Positions 35,701 to 50,309 of a DNA stretch of 64,000 bases are shown here, in pieces. Made by a program: the position numbers and the translations under genes. Under the pieces are notes generated by a model. The model was not told where the DNA came from, searched no databases, and was given only the letters and a program-made list of their open reading frames with translations. Position 1 is the first letter of the stretch. Every line of letters begins with the position of its first letter. The stretch comes from Basidiobolus meristosporus CBS 931.73 (lineage: Eukaryota; Fungi; Basidiobolomycota): the NCBI GenBank assembly GCA_002104905.1, contig MCFE01000124.1:62001-126000 (forward strand), written 5' to 3'.

Positions 35701-38168
35701 TGTCGAGAAGCAAGATGCCAAACTTGATTTGCCATTGCGTAATGGGCCAATTATCTACGAAGGCTACGAGTTTGGCCTATCCAAGCATCCCATTGAGGTT
35801 ACTCCGGATAGCTGGTCCTCTCTTGCCGTACTAAAATGTAGCATTAGCAAGCCAATATTCCGGAAGCAACATTAGGGCTGGTGAGCGGCGATGGGCCCAA
35901 AGCCATTGGCTAACTGTTTGCAGTAGGAAAGCCATACTTCCGCATGGTGGTACAACCCAGCTGCTTTGCCAAACCGCACCACGGCCAAGGGAAGTAAATG
36001 TATCGCAACCGACTAGTGTGAGAGTGGAGGAGGTCGTGGTTGGAAATCCGATGTATGAAATCAATTTCCCAATATTAAGGGGGGATCTGGTGGAAATGAG
36101 GGTTGATGTGTGTGTGAAGGATCAGCACCGATTTGGAAATGTTTCATCAACTCCATATAGTTCACTAACATTGATACATGAGATTTGGGTGCACAACCCA
36201 TTTCAATAGCATCGTTGTGCGAGTCCCAGTATCTCAGTAGCTACGCGTTGATGTGTGTTGGCACCGCAGAGTGAATATGTTTAGCAATAAACGGACTAGT
36301 AGCTTCTCACTACGCGCAAGACGCTGATTACATGCATGAGCAGCATAGATATAGAATATTACTAGAGAACCAGTCAGTTAGAAAAATCCACGCCTGGTAT
36401 ACGCTGACCCAAAGCACCCTGAAGCAAAGCTCTCAGACTCGGGCCCAGCCGCTGCCGCAGTCGGTCACTTACAAGCCATGCGGTCTTGGAAGCCAAGTCA
36501 AAGCGTATCCTCCACAAGCAATCTGAGCGTATACGCAGCAGTGTGCCCAGGCAGGCAGACCCGGATCCTCCTGTAGCTTGTCGGCAAGGGAAAACAAATC
36601 TGTATCAAGCACCAACGGAAACCGATTCACCAGAGGATAAATCAGGCAAATGAAGCAGCTCGGCGGTGGGAACGCGCGAAGGTGATACCTCATCGTGAGC
36701 TAAAAAGGCTAAGCAAAAATTCGCAGCGATGCCCTGCGGAGCATAAGCAAGGCATGCCCCCTTCCCCTGAACCAGGCTTGAAGGATATCCACGGCACTGA
36801 TGTGCACCAGGTGGGACGAATTTAATTACACCACCAACTCTATCATGTCGCTGTCCTTGTGTCGCATGCAACGTCGATAAACGTTGCAATAGGAAGGAGG
36901 TAATTTGTCGAACTAGATCGCAATTGTTTGATTGTCTGTACCAAAATTTCTGAGTGACATTAGCACCTCACCATTTCATTTCGGGCCTGGAGAATAGCTG
37001 CCTCAACTCAGTTGCCTTTTGCGGGGAATCCAATGATTATGGCCCATAATGCATGTCACAAATACGACCCATGATCACTATTTCGAATTTCAGGTGCCCG
37101 CCCAAATAATCTCGTACTCCTCATATTTTCCTAGAGCTGTGTGCTGATTTTGTATGAGGTTTCACTTTCTACCCCATACAGGGTGTTACACACTTGGTCT
37201 GTCTATCAAACTCATGCAGTACATTAATTTGCATACAAACAACTCCATATGCGAGGAACTCGGTAATCTGATCTCCCAAGGCATATGCAGCGTTTCAATG
37301 CCACATGGTGCAAGGAAGTGTGCATCCGCGTGCTTGACCTAGGTTCCAGATCCTGAGGAGCGGTTTGAGGGAACGAGCATGCTTGCCCATTAGCTGCTAG
37401 CCTTGTTCTGCACCAGGAGAGGCGGTTGAGGGGCGGTGCAATCAGGCGAGTGTAGCGCTATCAAGGCACACACCTCTCCAAATTGGTGGTTCGCTGGCCC
37501 TGGCCGATGTTGAGCCGTATCTCGCAGATGAGCAATTGGCCGCCGTCGATGTGCGCTGATGATCAGTGCACGCTGCATAATGCGTTCCTGGGGCGAGCCT
37601 CAGCAGCAACTCGAGGAAAGTACAAAGCAACGCTAAATATGGATCCAAGCTCGTTCTTGTGCAAGACCTGAGGAGCAATCTAGCACCAATGAAGTCGCCC
37701 GCCCTGGATTCTTTATTCCCCTTAACCTCCCTCCGACCCCCCCAAAAAAGCCCATAATCCCTACGTCGCAATGGCAAGGCCGCACCTAATGCGTAAATCC
37801 TCTGGCACTAATCTTCACTGCACCTCATTCGGAATACCCAAGCTGTTTCTATTAGCCCGCTATATCAATAATAGCCCTGTATGATGACAAAATCAGGAAA
37901 GTAATTGTTTGAATTAAGCAATGCAAGCCTTGTCCCGCAAAAAGAAATAATTTCCAACTGTTAATCAGTAGTATTATTAGACTAAATATGTTTGGAATCC
38001 AGAGATTAATATAGATTCTTTGTTTTACTTATCATTCCATATCAAATGGGAAACACAGTTATTTATTTGCCGATGAGGGATTTGGAGTTTCCTGTTTCGA
38101 AATCTTGTCTTACCTAGGATTGAAATACACTCCATACTGAATTGGCGAGGCAGACTCAAGATGCCAGG

Positions 38169-38176
38169 TATATAAG
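38169..38176 (+). promoter_or_regulatory. Putative TATA box of the APSES gene
   Basis: TATATAAG ~240 bp upstream of the ATG at 38408, followed by a pyrimidine-rich leader. Confidence 0.5.
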
Positions 38177-38407
38177 GGAGACGCTGGCCAGAAGAAAATT
38201 CATCATCATCAACCCAGCGAGTTTCCGAAAGATACCTTCCCTCTCCCTTGTGTGAAAATTCCTGACATTGTACTCCAAACCTCTCGCCTTGCCTGCTCTA
38301 TGCTAATTCCCTATTTCTGAGTTGTACCTAATTGGAAACGTTGTTTGCTATACATTCTCTTCACCTTCATCTCCTTCGCTTGTATTTTTCTAGAGTTATC
38401 ATTAGAA

Positions 38408-40295
38408 ATGGCTGGACACTATACATTCACATCCCCGAATGATCCGCCGAGCTATATACATAGTGGGCCATCAAATACGTCTCGTCAGATACAAAATACT
38501 CATACACCTAGCAATAGTAGTTATGGGTCACCTATTTCCTTCTCCACATCGCCTCATGCTTCCTCGTACTCAACCAATAATGGCATGAGCAATATGAACT
38601 CCTCCGGTCTTCCACATTCCTTTCCTATGCCTGTTCCGATTCAAGAATCATACTACAACAACAGCAATAGCAGTCAATTCTCACCTGGCTACCCACCACA
38701 GTCCGGGATTCCCTCTGTCAAATGGTCGCCCAACGGCGCTTGGACTGGGCCAATGATCCCCCAAGGGATCAACGACTCGTGGTCAAGTATGTCTGGAATG
38801 TCGTCGATGAACCGCCCGCGACCGAAACTTACCACCACCCTGTGGGAGGATGAAAACACCGTCTGTTTCCAGGTGGATGCTAAAGGAATATGTGTTGCCC
38901 GTAGACAAGGTATGCAGAGTCGTATTTCACCAGCTCTCGTTTGCAGATTTTAACCGCATTTCCTCTGTAGATAACGATATGGTAAATGGAACCAAGCTGC
39001 TCAACGTTACCGGCATGTCCCGTGGCAAGCGTGATGGCATTCTCAAGAACGAGAAAGGCCGTGTTGTAGTTAAAGTGGGAGCAATGCATTTGAAAGGCGT
39101 GTGGTAGGCTTCACTCTCATTCACATTGGATGCCTGTGGCGGATGTTGACCTTGTCGTTTGTGTAGGATTACCATGTCTCGAGCCAAGGCCCTTGCTGCC
39201 CAGTTCAAGATTTCCGATCTACTGTTCCCTCTGCTTGTAGAAGACCCGAGCCCGTATTTATATAGCCCGCATTATCCTTCCGCCTTGCCTTCACGTATTG
39301 GAGGCCTACCTGCACAATCCAACCTATACATGACCTCATTCGCAGACCCTGCCGCCGCATCTGTTAGAAGCCAACCCCAACAACACTTCATGGCTCCGCA
39401 CACTCGCATGGGCTATGGCTCACCCGTGGTTCCTATGAACGATACCCACAATGTCGGTGTACTGCCTCAATCCTCACAAAATCAATTCTCGATACCCTAT
39501 AGATACCCTGGAGGCAACCCACATTCACACTCTCCCTCGATGACACATTCCAGCCAAGGGATAGAGCCGTATCTGATGTCCGATGTCTCTCGTATACATT
39601 CACGCTCCCCACTGTCGCAAGGAGGTATAAACCATCCAGAAGGAACGGCCCCCGGAGACGTACCGACCCAACCGTCTATCAATGGGGCTTCGAACCCTCA
39701 TCAAGCAACCGGTTATGGCGCTGAGACCTCATTCAACCGTATTCAGTCCTACAACGTACAGAGCACTCCAAAAGTGATGGGACACCAGTTAGTTCCTTCT
39801 TCTATGATAGGAAAGAGGAGAGAGCATCCGGAAGATGGTGACGCTGAATCGTCCAACGACAACCAGACTCTACCGGAGCCACCGCATCCTCATAGTGAAA
39901 CGATGTTTGGTCCGTTGGGCGGGCGAGGATATTCTTTTCCTTCGCCATGCTCCCTTCCTTCACCATCAATGTCCCAAACACAACAAGACCTGCCACCCGT
40001 CAATAAACGTACGAAAGTTTTACGTTACGATTCTAATCCAAATACGGGTTATATTAATCCACACCATCAGCAGACAAAGCCTATTGACACCCTTCGAATG
40101 CCGACACCGGTGGGCCAGGAATCGGTTGGCCTGATCTTTGGAACATTCAGCCCGCCAGAAAGCGAGAGCGAAGGGGGATTCACCGACACCAAGTTGGGCT
40201 CCGTACGCGACTACGATGAGCCTGTCGCGATGCCGCACAACAATGACATCTCCAGGTTTGGCTATACAAACAGCCCCAAGTTGATATACTCCTGA
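38408..40295 (+). CDS. stuA: APSES-domain developmental transcription factor (StuA/Sok2/Efg1 type), 587 aa, 3 exons (38408-38909, 38971-39103, 39167-40295)
   Basis: Spliced APSES domain [76 protein letters not shown]; GT-AG introns of 61 and 63 bp keep the frame. Confidence 0.95.
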
Positions 40296-43200
40296 ATGGA
40301 ATGACCATCCTCTGTCCCAACTCCCCCGCCGGATTAGTCAACCCTTCTTGACGAAGAATACGCAGCTATATACACCGCGCACTCTACCACACCACCGTAT
40401 CCTATCCAACTCAACACCAGCCCATTTGTTTCATTTTGTCTTTTCATGCTTTGTACACACCTCAGTGGGTTTGATTTTTGATTCACTCTTTTGTATTCTG
40501 TAATGTAACAATCTAATTACCACAATGCCAATCTGTTCCTGGTTGATTCAACAAATTCAACCACTCTTGCAGTGGTGAATAAACATCAATTACTCCATTC
40601 GCTCGTCAAAAGCCCATTTGAAATCGATAGCCCTCGATATGGCACGAAGGGAGACCGACCATTTGCTAGGGGCGGCCGTAGTAACACTTGGCACTAATCG
40701 TGCCGGTGCATTGGCTATTTGTCAGATCACTGTCGAATCTAGGAATGTGGTACGAATTAAATGAGCACCACCACATTTGGCTAAAGGACGGTGCTTGTCA
40801 CAATCAGCTGAACCATTCTGTTTTCATCCATCTCTGAACATTCATGAGCAATGATCAATCCAATCAGCCTAATTGCTGCTGGTCATCACATTTGGCCATA
40901 TCGTCCCACCGGAAAGGGCTATTCGCCTGATGGATTTGGCAGGTTGGGGCTGACCGCTTCGTGCAATTAATTGATTTCCTCACCGTGATGATCACCCACA
41001 TCAAAACAAGAGATCAACGAGGAAGATCGTCGAAGCACATTAGCGTGCCGCCAAGAAACCCGGTTCCGAGTGGCGCTTTCATCGAGCTCTCCAGTAGAGC
41101 GCAGCATGCGCCTGGCTGCTCACACCACCACGGCCGAGATTGAAATTAGGCCTAGGATTTCCCGGCCCAGAGGATTCGCACTGCGACGTGAGCGAATTCC
41201 CAAAGTGGCTGGATTCGTCAGCATGGAGAGCAATCTTGTTATGGGATGAGATAAAAAGCTTGGTGGGTGCCCGCCCCCACTGGCCATTGGTTAGGACGAC
41301 TAAAACCTAATCAAACTCAAATCCACGTGTCATCATTAGTGACTAATATCGTCCTACGCAACTTAATTTATTTCTATTAACTCCACCCTAGATGCGATAT
41401 GGAACCAGATTTCTTTGGCGGGTTCTACTGGAAGCGAGCTGGCCACATGATTTGATCTTTTATCATCAGCGTGCGCCGTCTGCGAATCTTTTCGCTCCAG
41501 CGATACTTTCCGAGATCGAGTGTCCAAACCATACGATTGGCCTAGGGAGTGAATCTTGGTTAGTGCCTCCGTAGTGCACTCGTGTCTGGTGCCTGTTACC
41601 TCAGTAGCCTCGCACTGTACACCTGTGCGCCAGTATGACCGAAAGGAAGCGCGGGTGAGTACAGTGCTCAATGCTATCGATCTATGCTACCGTATATTTA
41701 TGATGGTTAGCCTCAAACCATACCACGTTTGCTTCGTTGTGGCAACTGATCATCATTCGTGAACCACCAGAAGATGTGCTAAATGATCACTGCCTGATGA
41801 GTACGAATCATGTGAGTGGGATATTTGATACCAAGCCAAGTCAGAGCTCTTCATTGGATGGCAATAATAAGAAATATACCAGATTTCCATAAGGGGGCTG
41901 TGGGGTACATTACCTGTCAAGTGCCACCTGCACCCCTGCTTGCACTGGATGGAAGTCAAACAGCTGCCAAAGAACGGTGGAGATCTGTCTCTCGGCACTG
42001 CTAGGCTCTGGCGCAGACTGATCGCCAAATATGCGTTCCAGCGGAGGCAAGCGTAGGGCAAGGCTCGAGACGAGGAAGTGGCCCCCTAACGAGTGCCCGG
42101 AACCTGAAACCCCAGGACCACTTTGGCCAAATCTTGAATGATGCCAAATCTTTCCAGATTACCGCACTTCTTTCCTTTTTGGCCGAAAAATCGTACCCTC
42201 CTCGAATAGTCCATTCCTCATGGTTTTTGTGCGAGCTTTGTGGCATGCATCGGTTGAGAATTTCAAATTGCTCATGAATGGAACATAGTTTGGAAAAAGG
42301 GCAATCTGAGATGTATATGATCGCTGGTCACCGATGATACTGGTGGACAGCATCGCTCGCCCATGTGTTCTGCTTACACACCCAACCCAGCCCGAGATCT
42401 TGTCTTTGTAACAACAAGGGGCTGTGATTACATTGCAGAACCACATGCCGCGCCCGACCTTTGGATGCGCTCTGGCAATGTAGAAGCTCCTGTGATTTGG
42501 GCTTATCAGAGCCTTGGCCCATATGGAGGTTTGTATAACTTGATGGTCGCCGTCTGGTGGTCCGTTGACCACATGACAATGCTTTGATCAGGGTCTGATT
42601 ACATGGGCGCGGGATTACATATTTTGTGCATGTTGAGGGCTGATCCTGAACTCTAATACCCAGTTGATGTGTGTGCCCTGGATTCTTGGTCGAATTCCGA
42701 GAAGATCAATGCCAATCCAAGGATTGCCTTGCTGCCTTTTACATCACCCCGGCAACGAGGATTTGACTAAAATCCATTGCTCACTGAGCCGAGTATCACC
42801 TCAGGTCAATATTGCCCCAGAGACAGTACCGGCCTTGTGGGGTACTGCAACCAACCATTGTGTTGCTGCTGAGCACCTTGGTGTCAATCTATTTCGGGTA
42901 AATGAACGGTTATTTTTAGACCCCTGTCCCAGGGCTGCTTCCATGAATGTCTATACACAGTCGTTGGTTACCACGAATTAATCTACAAATGATGCCTCTG
43001 TGACATCACCAATCCAGCGGACCTGGTAACCGCTGATGTAACACATGCACTATCTTCATGGAATGGCTTGACAGATATGCTTTCATGGCTACCCGCTAAC
43101 GAGTATCTATGGAACAGATTGGGTGCATTCAAGTTGATATTGGAGGTGAACTACAATCCATCGAATCAAATTGCTGGATGATATAGTGGATTCAGGAGAG

Positions 43201-46092
43201 CTACACCTCCGAAGAATCATCTGATTTACTTCAATGTTTTACAAGCTTGGCTCGCTGACAGGAGACAAGCAGGTTGGGGGAAGATTTGTAACGTTTAGGT
43301 TCGTGAGCTTGGTAAACCTCCAACCATTACTGTCCCATGGTTGACAGTGTTTGTGTTCTATAATGCCATGTGTGTTACAAATAATGGTTATTGAATTCTC
43401 GCTCGTTCGTACACAAAGTTATTGTTCGAGTACTAAGCCAATGAGAGGTATGTTTTACACGAATTAATGGAAATTAATGGAATTGAGTATATTGCGTAAT
43501 GAATGTCCACCGATTCACTTGTTTGTTTTTAGGCATAAAACAATGTTTAATTACCGTCACGACAAGAGACTTCATACATCAGACTCAGAATCCTTTCACT
43601 TCTCTGCCCACATGTCATGAATTTATTTAATGGTCAATTATTTGGGTGATACCAATGTTATCTGTGAAGTCAGCTCACTAATTACCTAATTACACCTGTG
43701 TTAGACGCACTATTTGTAATGGTTAGTGCAATATTCGAAGGATTCTGAGATATGGAGTGGCTTGGTGATCTTAGCAATCTTGGCATTAAGTGATAGATAC
43801 GCATTAAACCCTGACGGCTAATGTTATTATCTAATTATTGATATTCCAAGTTGAAGCAGCTAGCAACTTATTTCAATGCCTATTTTTGATTCAGAGGTAT
43901 TGGAATGCTGTGATAGAAAGTCCCCAGGTATTCCCCAAAGCTCCCGAGCTATTTTCCCAAAACATCGTGCTTTCATTCATTAAATATAGTCTTGCAGTAT
44001 CATCCAAATGCATACACCTTATAGTACTTCTTTAGATCGCTCTTTGGCTTATTGAGTTCGAATAAGATATGACCAATTATCATCGAACTTCGCAAGTTTA
44101 ATGCTAGTAATGCCTTGAATATGGTTCTAGGAAGCTTTGTAGGGAATTTGGGTCATTTGAGCAGATTCAAATGTCTGAAAAACCTTCAGGAGTTTACTAG
44201 TCTAAAAAATATGTATTTTTAAATCTATATCGCAATCTCGGAATTCACATCCCAATTATATGCGAAGTTGATGCTTGCAATGTCCGAGATATATATATGA
44301 TTACATTATTCACTTGAGTAGGGCTATGAGTGACTTATTATTATTCCAGTGCTATTGACGAAGCTAGCATGTAAGTAATTTGCATGGCCCTATAGGCTTG
44401 TGTGGCATGATATGAATTCTACCCATAAATCAGTAATTTACCCTTCATAAAAAAGTCAGTTTTAGTCTAGTTTTAGATATATCTCAGGTGGCTCTTGATA
44501 CCCTTTCAGCTACTGTAATGACTACATAGTATATTTCTCTTGGATACTTTAGTATGCTATATGACATCTAGTAAGCTGGTAATTAATAGGAATTCCAATT
44601 TTTTATTACAATCATGCCCAATCACTTGTCAATCTTGTGCTTATATATATATATACTCTGGTCACTTTGCTTGTAGAAATATAATTACTACCCTAACACA
44701 GATCCTAAAAGTCTATTAGCTCTGCCTGTGGCTTCTCGTATCAGAACTAAGAGCATCCCCACCAACTCTGAAAACTTCCCATAAATTCATGTATGGATCA
44801 ATAGGTATGAGGATAAACTTGAACATACTTGTCAGCCAGTTCAATGCCTATCAATGGCGTGATAGGCTTGTTGTCAATACTCAGTTTACACCTAAACCAC
44901 TCATACAGCGTAGGATTCTAGTTGGCTGATTGCTTAGTAATGAATTACTTACCTCAGATTGAGTTTGTAAGATATTGATTGATTTTTAGAACCTTTGAAG
45001 GCCTGGAAGTTATCATTATCGTCAAACTTGTTCAAAAGCCCCCAAATTGTGCACATAGCTTCCTAAGACTTTTTCGAGATAAATTCATCATTATTTTTAC
45101 GAAGTTTCTCTAGAAGTATATATACTTTACAAACTTGATAAGTCTGCAAGTGAATATCATCCTATACATCTAGGTCACCAAATGACTTTTGATACTTCCT
45201 AGAATCTGGCAACAAGGCTAATATGCATCAAGATATGAGATCCTATTGTATGCTCAGGTTGTCTATTATGTGCATTGTATGCTGAGATCTACTGTATGAA
45301 AGTTCCAGTGCTGGTTGTATCTGTGATGTTTGATACCAAGCACATGCTTGTACATTAGAGAAGTAACTAACATGAACGGATGACTATTGAGTATAAGACA
45401 TTCAAAACTCTAAGGCTGCAGTGATAATATATGGGTAATTATTAATGCCACTGTTACTATGTAGATACTGAAGTAGTCATTGAAATGTTAGGATTTTACA
45501 CATGATTGACTCTGATTTTCAATTAGTAAAGCAAGACCATTTTTCTCATATCCTAGTACATTCATAAATTCACCTTCATCAAGCTCCAAAAGATACAGAT
45601 TTGCAATTTGTGCGCTCCTTTGAGACCATTTTCCTAACTACAGCTTGGCAAAGCTTACCAACAGACAAAGCATTTTTCCATAGAATATTGGTGATATATT
45701 TTTGCAGTTTCACTTGATCATCAACGTAACCAATACTACTTTCGCACCTAGAAGGCCTGCCTCCATAGATAAATCCTCGCTGTTGTATTCAGATTGTACC
45801 ATAAGCAATTGTAACCAGCGTTGTAGAGTTATTACTATGGACATGATGAGTTTCTCTTATCAACTTCGAGTAGGCGCCTCGTATGGAGCTGACATAATTG
45901 TATTGCTAATACTCGATCAGTAAGTGGTCTAGAATACTTCACACTAAACTGGCACCCAATAGATCATTCGTCCATGATTTATGCAGTCATACCATAGGTG
46001 TTGGTCATATGAACCACCACACAACAACCTCGGCACAATTTATTGACCTTTCCATGCTGGAGTAGCTGAAGTTTGTGCCCTTCAATAACAGT

Positions 46093-47142
46093 ATGTCTGC
46101 TCCGAATCTGCTGGTGGTTGTGACAGGTGGTACCATTTTTCAAAAGGTAGATGCCAATGGGGAGATGCAACTGGCAGTCAGCATTTCCGAATTGTTGACC
46201 TCCCTGGGCAAGCATATTTCGGGAGACGTATGTCCGCTGGTGGTCGATCTGAACTGTCGTAGTGGCGCGGAGCTCACTTTCGAAACGATCCTTCGAGCCC
46301 GGGATGCGTTCCTCGAAAACCTTCCGGAGAACGGTATCTCCTCCGCCATATTGGTTACCGGCACCGATACTATGGAGGAATTTGCTTTCTGCCTAGATTT
46401 ATGCTTAGGACCTTGGCTAATCGAAAGGAAATACTCTCTAGTCATTACCGGCTCGATGAAACCAGCCGATGTTCTGGGATATGATGGGCACTCGAATGTA
46501 CTTGGCGCCATTCAGGTATGTTCAACTCAAGGATCTTGAGCCGACAATTGATACTTATCCCGTTTTTACTAGGTTGCGCTAGGTGAAAATGCCAAGAGGG
46601 CAGGTGTTTTACTCTCGATAAACAATGACATTCACTCAGCTCTCTATGTTACCAAGGGTGATTCCCAGCTTATTGGATCATTCAGATCGGTTCCCACAGG
46701 TCCTATTGGGCAGATACGAAGAGGGATCCCCCAATTTTATTACTCTCCAGCAGCTTCGCCTCCGCCCATCTATTGTCCATCATTCCTACATTTAGATCAA
46801 GAATCGGTGGCCAAAGTGCGGGTGGCCATTTGGATCATAACAGTGTCCTCTTTCATCCCAGAGCAGCTTTTGGAGAATCTCGACGGGCTGGTACTGGCGG
46901 GGCCTGGGACTGGCTCTATTCCCAACGCATTTGTCGAGCAGCTCTCCCCGAAATGGACCAAAAGGATACCGATAGTTGTCGTAACTCGATGCTTCTCGGG
47001 GAATAATTTTGATGACCACTACTATCGAGGAAGCAAGGCGAAATTCACCTCGAAAGGTTTCATCCTGGAGGATGGCTTTGAAGATCTCAATGCTATACAA
47101 GCGCGAAATTTGCTGACATTTAAACTGGCAGCAAGAGCGTAA
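46093..47142 (+). CDS. L-asparaginase family protein (type I/II fold), ~330 aa, no signal peptide; exons 46093-46515 and 46573-47142
   Basis: TGGTI, GTDTMEE, TGSMKP..DG..N, VTK and LNAIQARNLL motifs; a 57-bp GT-AG intron joins the two ORFs in frame. Confidence 0.92.
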
Positions 47143-49611
47143 GTATGCGCCTATACGATGGAAATTGGCTTGCTGATCTTCATTGTTCAAACCATGGATT
47201 CGCCAATTCGTTTGAGGGATGCCTCAGGTGTTGCCTGTCAGTCTGATGTAGCAATAAATATCAGGCCATTTTTAGCCAGATACCATTTCAGGTTATATCG
47301 CTGCTATCAACACAATGGCGTGGCAATGCAATATTAAGGCCCCGCCGGAAAACAGACTAGTTTTGCATTTTCTAGCGTGTTTTTTTGCTATTTGGATAAT
47401 CCATGTCGTCCAGGTGAATCCCAGAGTACGATAACGAGTGCATAGATTAGTCGATCATCCCACTTGATTGATCGGCTAGTGACGTTGGCTACTACCCTAC
47501 CGTGGTAACTCACCATCACCAGTCTACACCAAACAAGGCATCAGCATGTACTCTCATCAGGAGCCCAATCCACTCATTGGAAAGGCAATCCTTATACCAT
47601 CACCTCCCAAACCAGTGGTTTTGTATAGAACAATTGAGCCAGATTTAGGGATACGTCGTTGAATCAAAAACTTGATCATCACGCATATCCTATGGAAATA
47701 ACCAGCACCGTACAAAGACACCCATTGTTCTACAAATGGGGACCTCTCCTCTACATGTGTCAGTTCACACCAAATCTCTGACTAAGCCGGGCATTTCCAG
47801 CCCGATTTCGCAGAATTTCCCAATTGCTTGTCAAAGCCAAGCATTCGCATAGAAGCTCATAATTACCCAATCAGCGTTACCCGGAGATTAGACGGGCAGA
47901 TCGCACCATGAGTAAGAAACGTTTTATACACAGGAAATCCCCCTGGCCTCCTTCCCCGTAGAAAACAGCCAATTTCGCCACATGCTGATTTTTCCCCTCT
48001 ATCCTCGATTAGAATAAGCGTATGATCAACCATTTGTTGCACGCCGAGCATCGTGGGTCGCTTCTCAGAGTGAGCCGCGAATCTAGGCCAACCCAAAGGG
48101 CCAAGGACCTCTGGTGGGTATTGAGTGGGAATCAATTTCTGGGGAGGCCCGTAGGAGGTTGTTTCGCTCCTCAATACCCTCCTACTAGCCCACAGATGTC
48201 GCCGACTTTTATCGCGGATCGCAGTAGAAAGCGGTGATCGTTGGAGGCGCTTTGGTGTCCATGTCGAGAATGCATGAAATCATCATTAGCCTCAGACGCC
48301 TCACATGATCACGGATACCAGTGCCCATCGGTGCTGAGCATCGTAATCCCCAATAAAAAGCTCGATGATCGGAACCATCCTAACTTGATTTATATTCCAT
48401 GGCGAAATGCTCGGTATTATCCCTCGTGGCCATGTCCATGAACCCAAGCTTTCCTTTATTTGGGACTGATGTCATTACCAACCTAGGCAGCAGTGGGATG
48501 GGAAATGCCGTCATGCTGGAAATGAAACATGGAGCATAAGTCGCCTTCTCCTGGGTGCTCATTGGCCCCATCACCCTTGAGTCACAGCAAGCAAGACCCT
48601 CCCCTCGTCCCCCTCTTTCCATACACGCCCAGTGAGAATCTATTTTTATCGCAATTATGTATTCCTGATTTCCTAAGCATATACCATCTGCTGCACTACT
48701 TCTACTAACGGGGGATGTCTGTGCCAGAGATTGAAGTTGCACTTGAGCACCGCTCCGTCACCAATCATGGCAGTGCTCAAACTTGACTAGTCCAGAATCA
48801 ATTGTCTAGGGCAATGATGCCTCTATGACCTCACTATGTGCAACCAATGAGACACCTGTATCACCAGCGTAGGTGCCTGAGTTGCGGTGATGGTAGAGAG
48901 AGCAGGCTTACCACTTGATAGGCGGTCAGCAGCGAACATGAGCCATCGACATCCAGCAATAACAAGTATGCACCTCCACCAGGAAGATCCTGATGGGTCG
49001 TCTTGTTGGCCGCTAATGGCGCCGGATGCATGATTTAACCAGTGTTTTTCCATGCACCGCCGGCTCCAAAATCAACTCATTTTGAGCGTGTGTCACCATG
49101 ATTGCCATCCTGTTAGTTGTTGGGGCCGGTGTCTGACTGAGCCCCTTCGCGAATTCCATCCCAATGACGTCATGGCGGGCCTGGATTGGTGGCCGACATC
49201 AGCGGGTTGGCGAGATGCCTCTAAATCTGCAATGCTGGACAGGGCGTATACAAGATCTCCGGCCTGATCTCTAACCTATATAGACTTGGTAACCGGTCAC
49301 AGAGGTTGGAAATGAGGGAGGGGTTTATTGGATTGGAGGTTACCATCAACCATGCGTTTACGCGGATTCGAGCGATTTCAACCAACAATGTTTGAATATA
49401 CGAAATGAGCAAATTATATACAGTAAGATGGGGATTTTCGAGTGGTGGCAGGGAAATATATCGGCGCTCAGTGCTCTATAGATAGATCGATTGTTATTTC
49501 TCTCTAGACGGATTTGGTAGCTAATAAATCAAGGGATCAACCGCGATGAGGTAGTGCTTCCTATTTTCTATTCTGATCCAATCTCAGAAACGTGGCACAC
49601 AATTTTCTAGA

Positions 49612-50309
49612 TCAATGAGATAGCAGGTTGTGCCCTACGACGTTCGTGGATGATTTCTCCGGCCAACACTGGAGCAGTGGCGAGAAGACCAGGTTGACAG
49701 GTGTAGTGGGTTCGGACACTGAGGATGCCGGCGATAAGGTCGGCTCGACCCGGATAGGGAATAGCTCCGCTTTATGTTCGTGGTCAGCATGATGGTGAAC
49801 CGTCTGGTGCTTCTTGAGGGTGGTTTTGCGGGTAAACCGCTTGTCGCAATTAGGAAAGGTGCATTCGTAAGGTTTTTTGCCGGTGTGTGACCGCTTGTGT
49901 CTAGCCAGCGAGGAGGACTGGTTGAAGAGTTGGTTAGCATCTGATGGATTGGGTAATGTGAGTAGGATGAGAGGCTTACATCACTGAAGGATTTGCAGCA
50001 ATTCGGATAGTCGCAGGAGTGTGGGCGCTCGCCGGTGTGTGTGCGGTAGTGGATTGCTAGGGCAGAACGCTGGATGAATGTCTTTCCACAATACTCCCAA
50101 TCGCAAAGATAAGGGCGCTCGCCCGTGTGGATTTTTTCATGTCGGGAGAGATCGGACTTTCTGGTGAAGGTTTTGCCGCAATCATCCAGAAAGCACTGAA
50201 AGAGCCTCCTCCTCGGTTGTGGGTGATTAGCACTAGGACCATTTGGAAGATTGATGGGATGGCAATTCTGCACTGTGTCCATAGGGTTCAATATGAAGCC
50301 GAGATCCAT
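49612..50309 (-). CDS. C2H2 zinc-finger protein with five tandem fingers, 211 aa; exons 50309-49980 and 49917-49612
   Basis: CxxxxC..H..H fingers with TGERP/TGKKP linkers; a 62-bp GTAAG..CAG intron restores SFSD|SSSLARHKRSH. Confidence 0.92.

Noticed and set aside
34231-37777. Numerous 60-110 aa ORFs upstream of stuA, and a 24-codon ORF near 34768
   Set aside because: No domains, no consistent splice structure; overlap on both strands as expected by chance.
45250-45620. Possible Copia RNase H relic on the minus strand (IENQSQSCV; KHVLGIKHH)
   Set aside because: Similarity too weak to support without a profile search.
47863-49412. Short ORFs between the asparaginase and C2H2 genes
   Set aside because: No homology cues or coherent exon structure.
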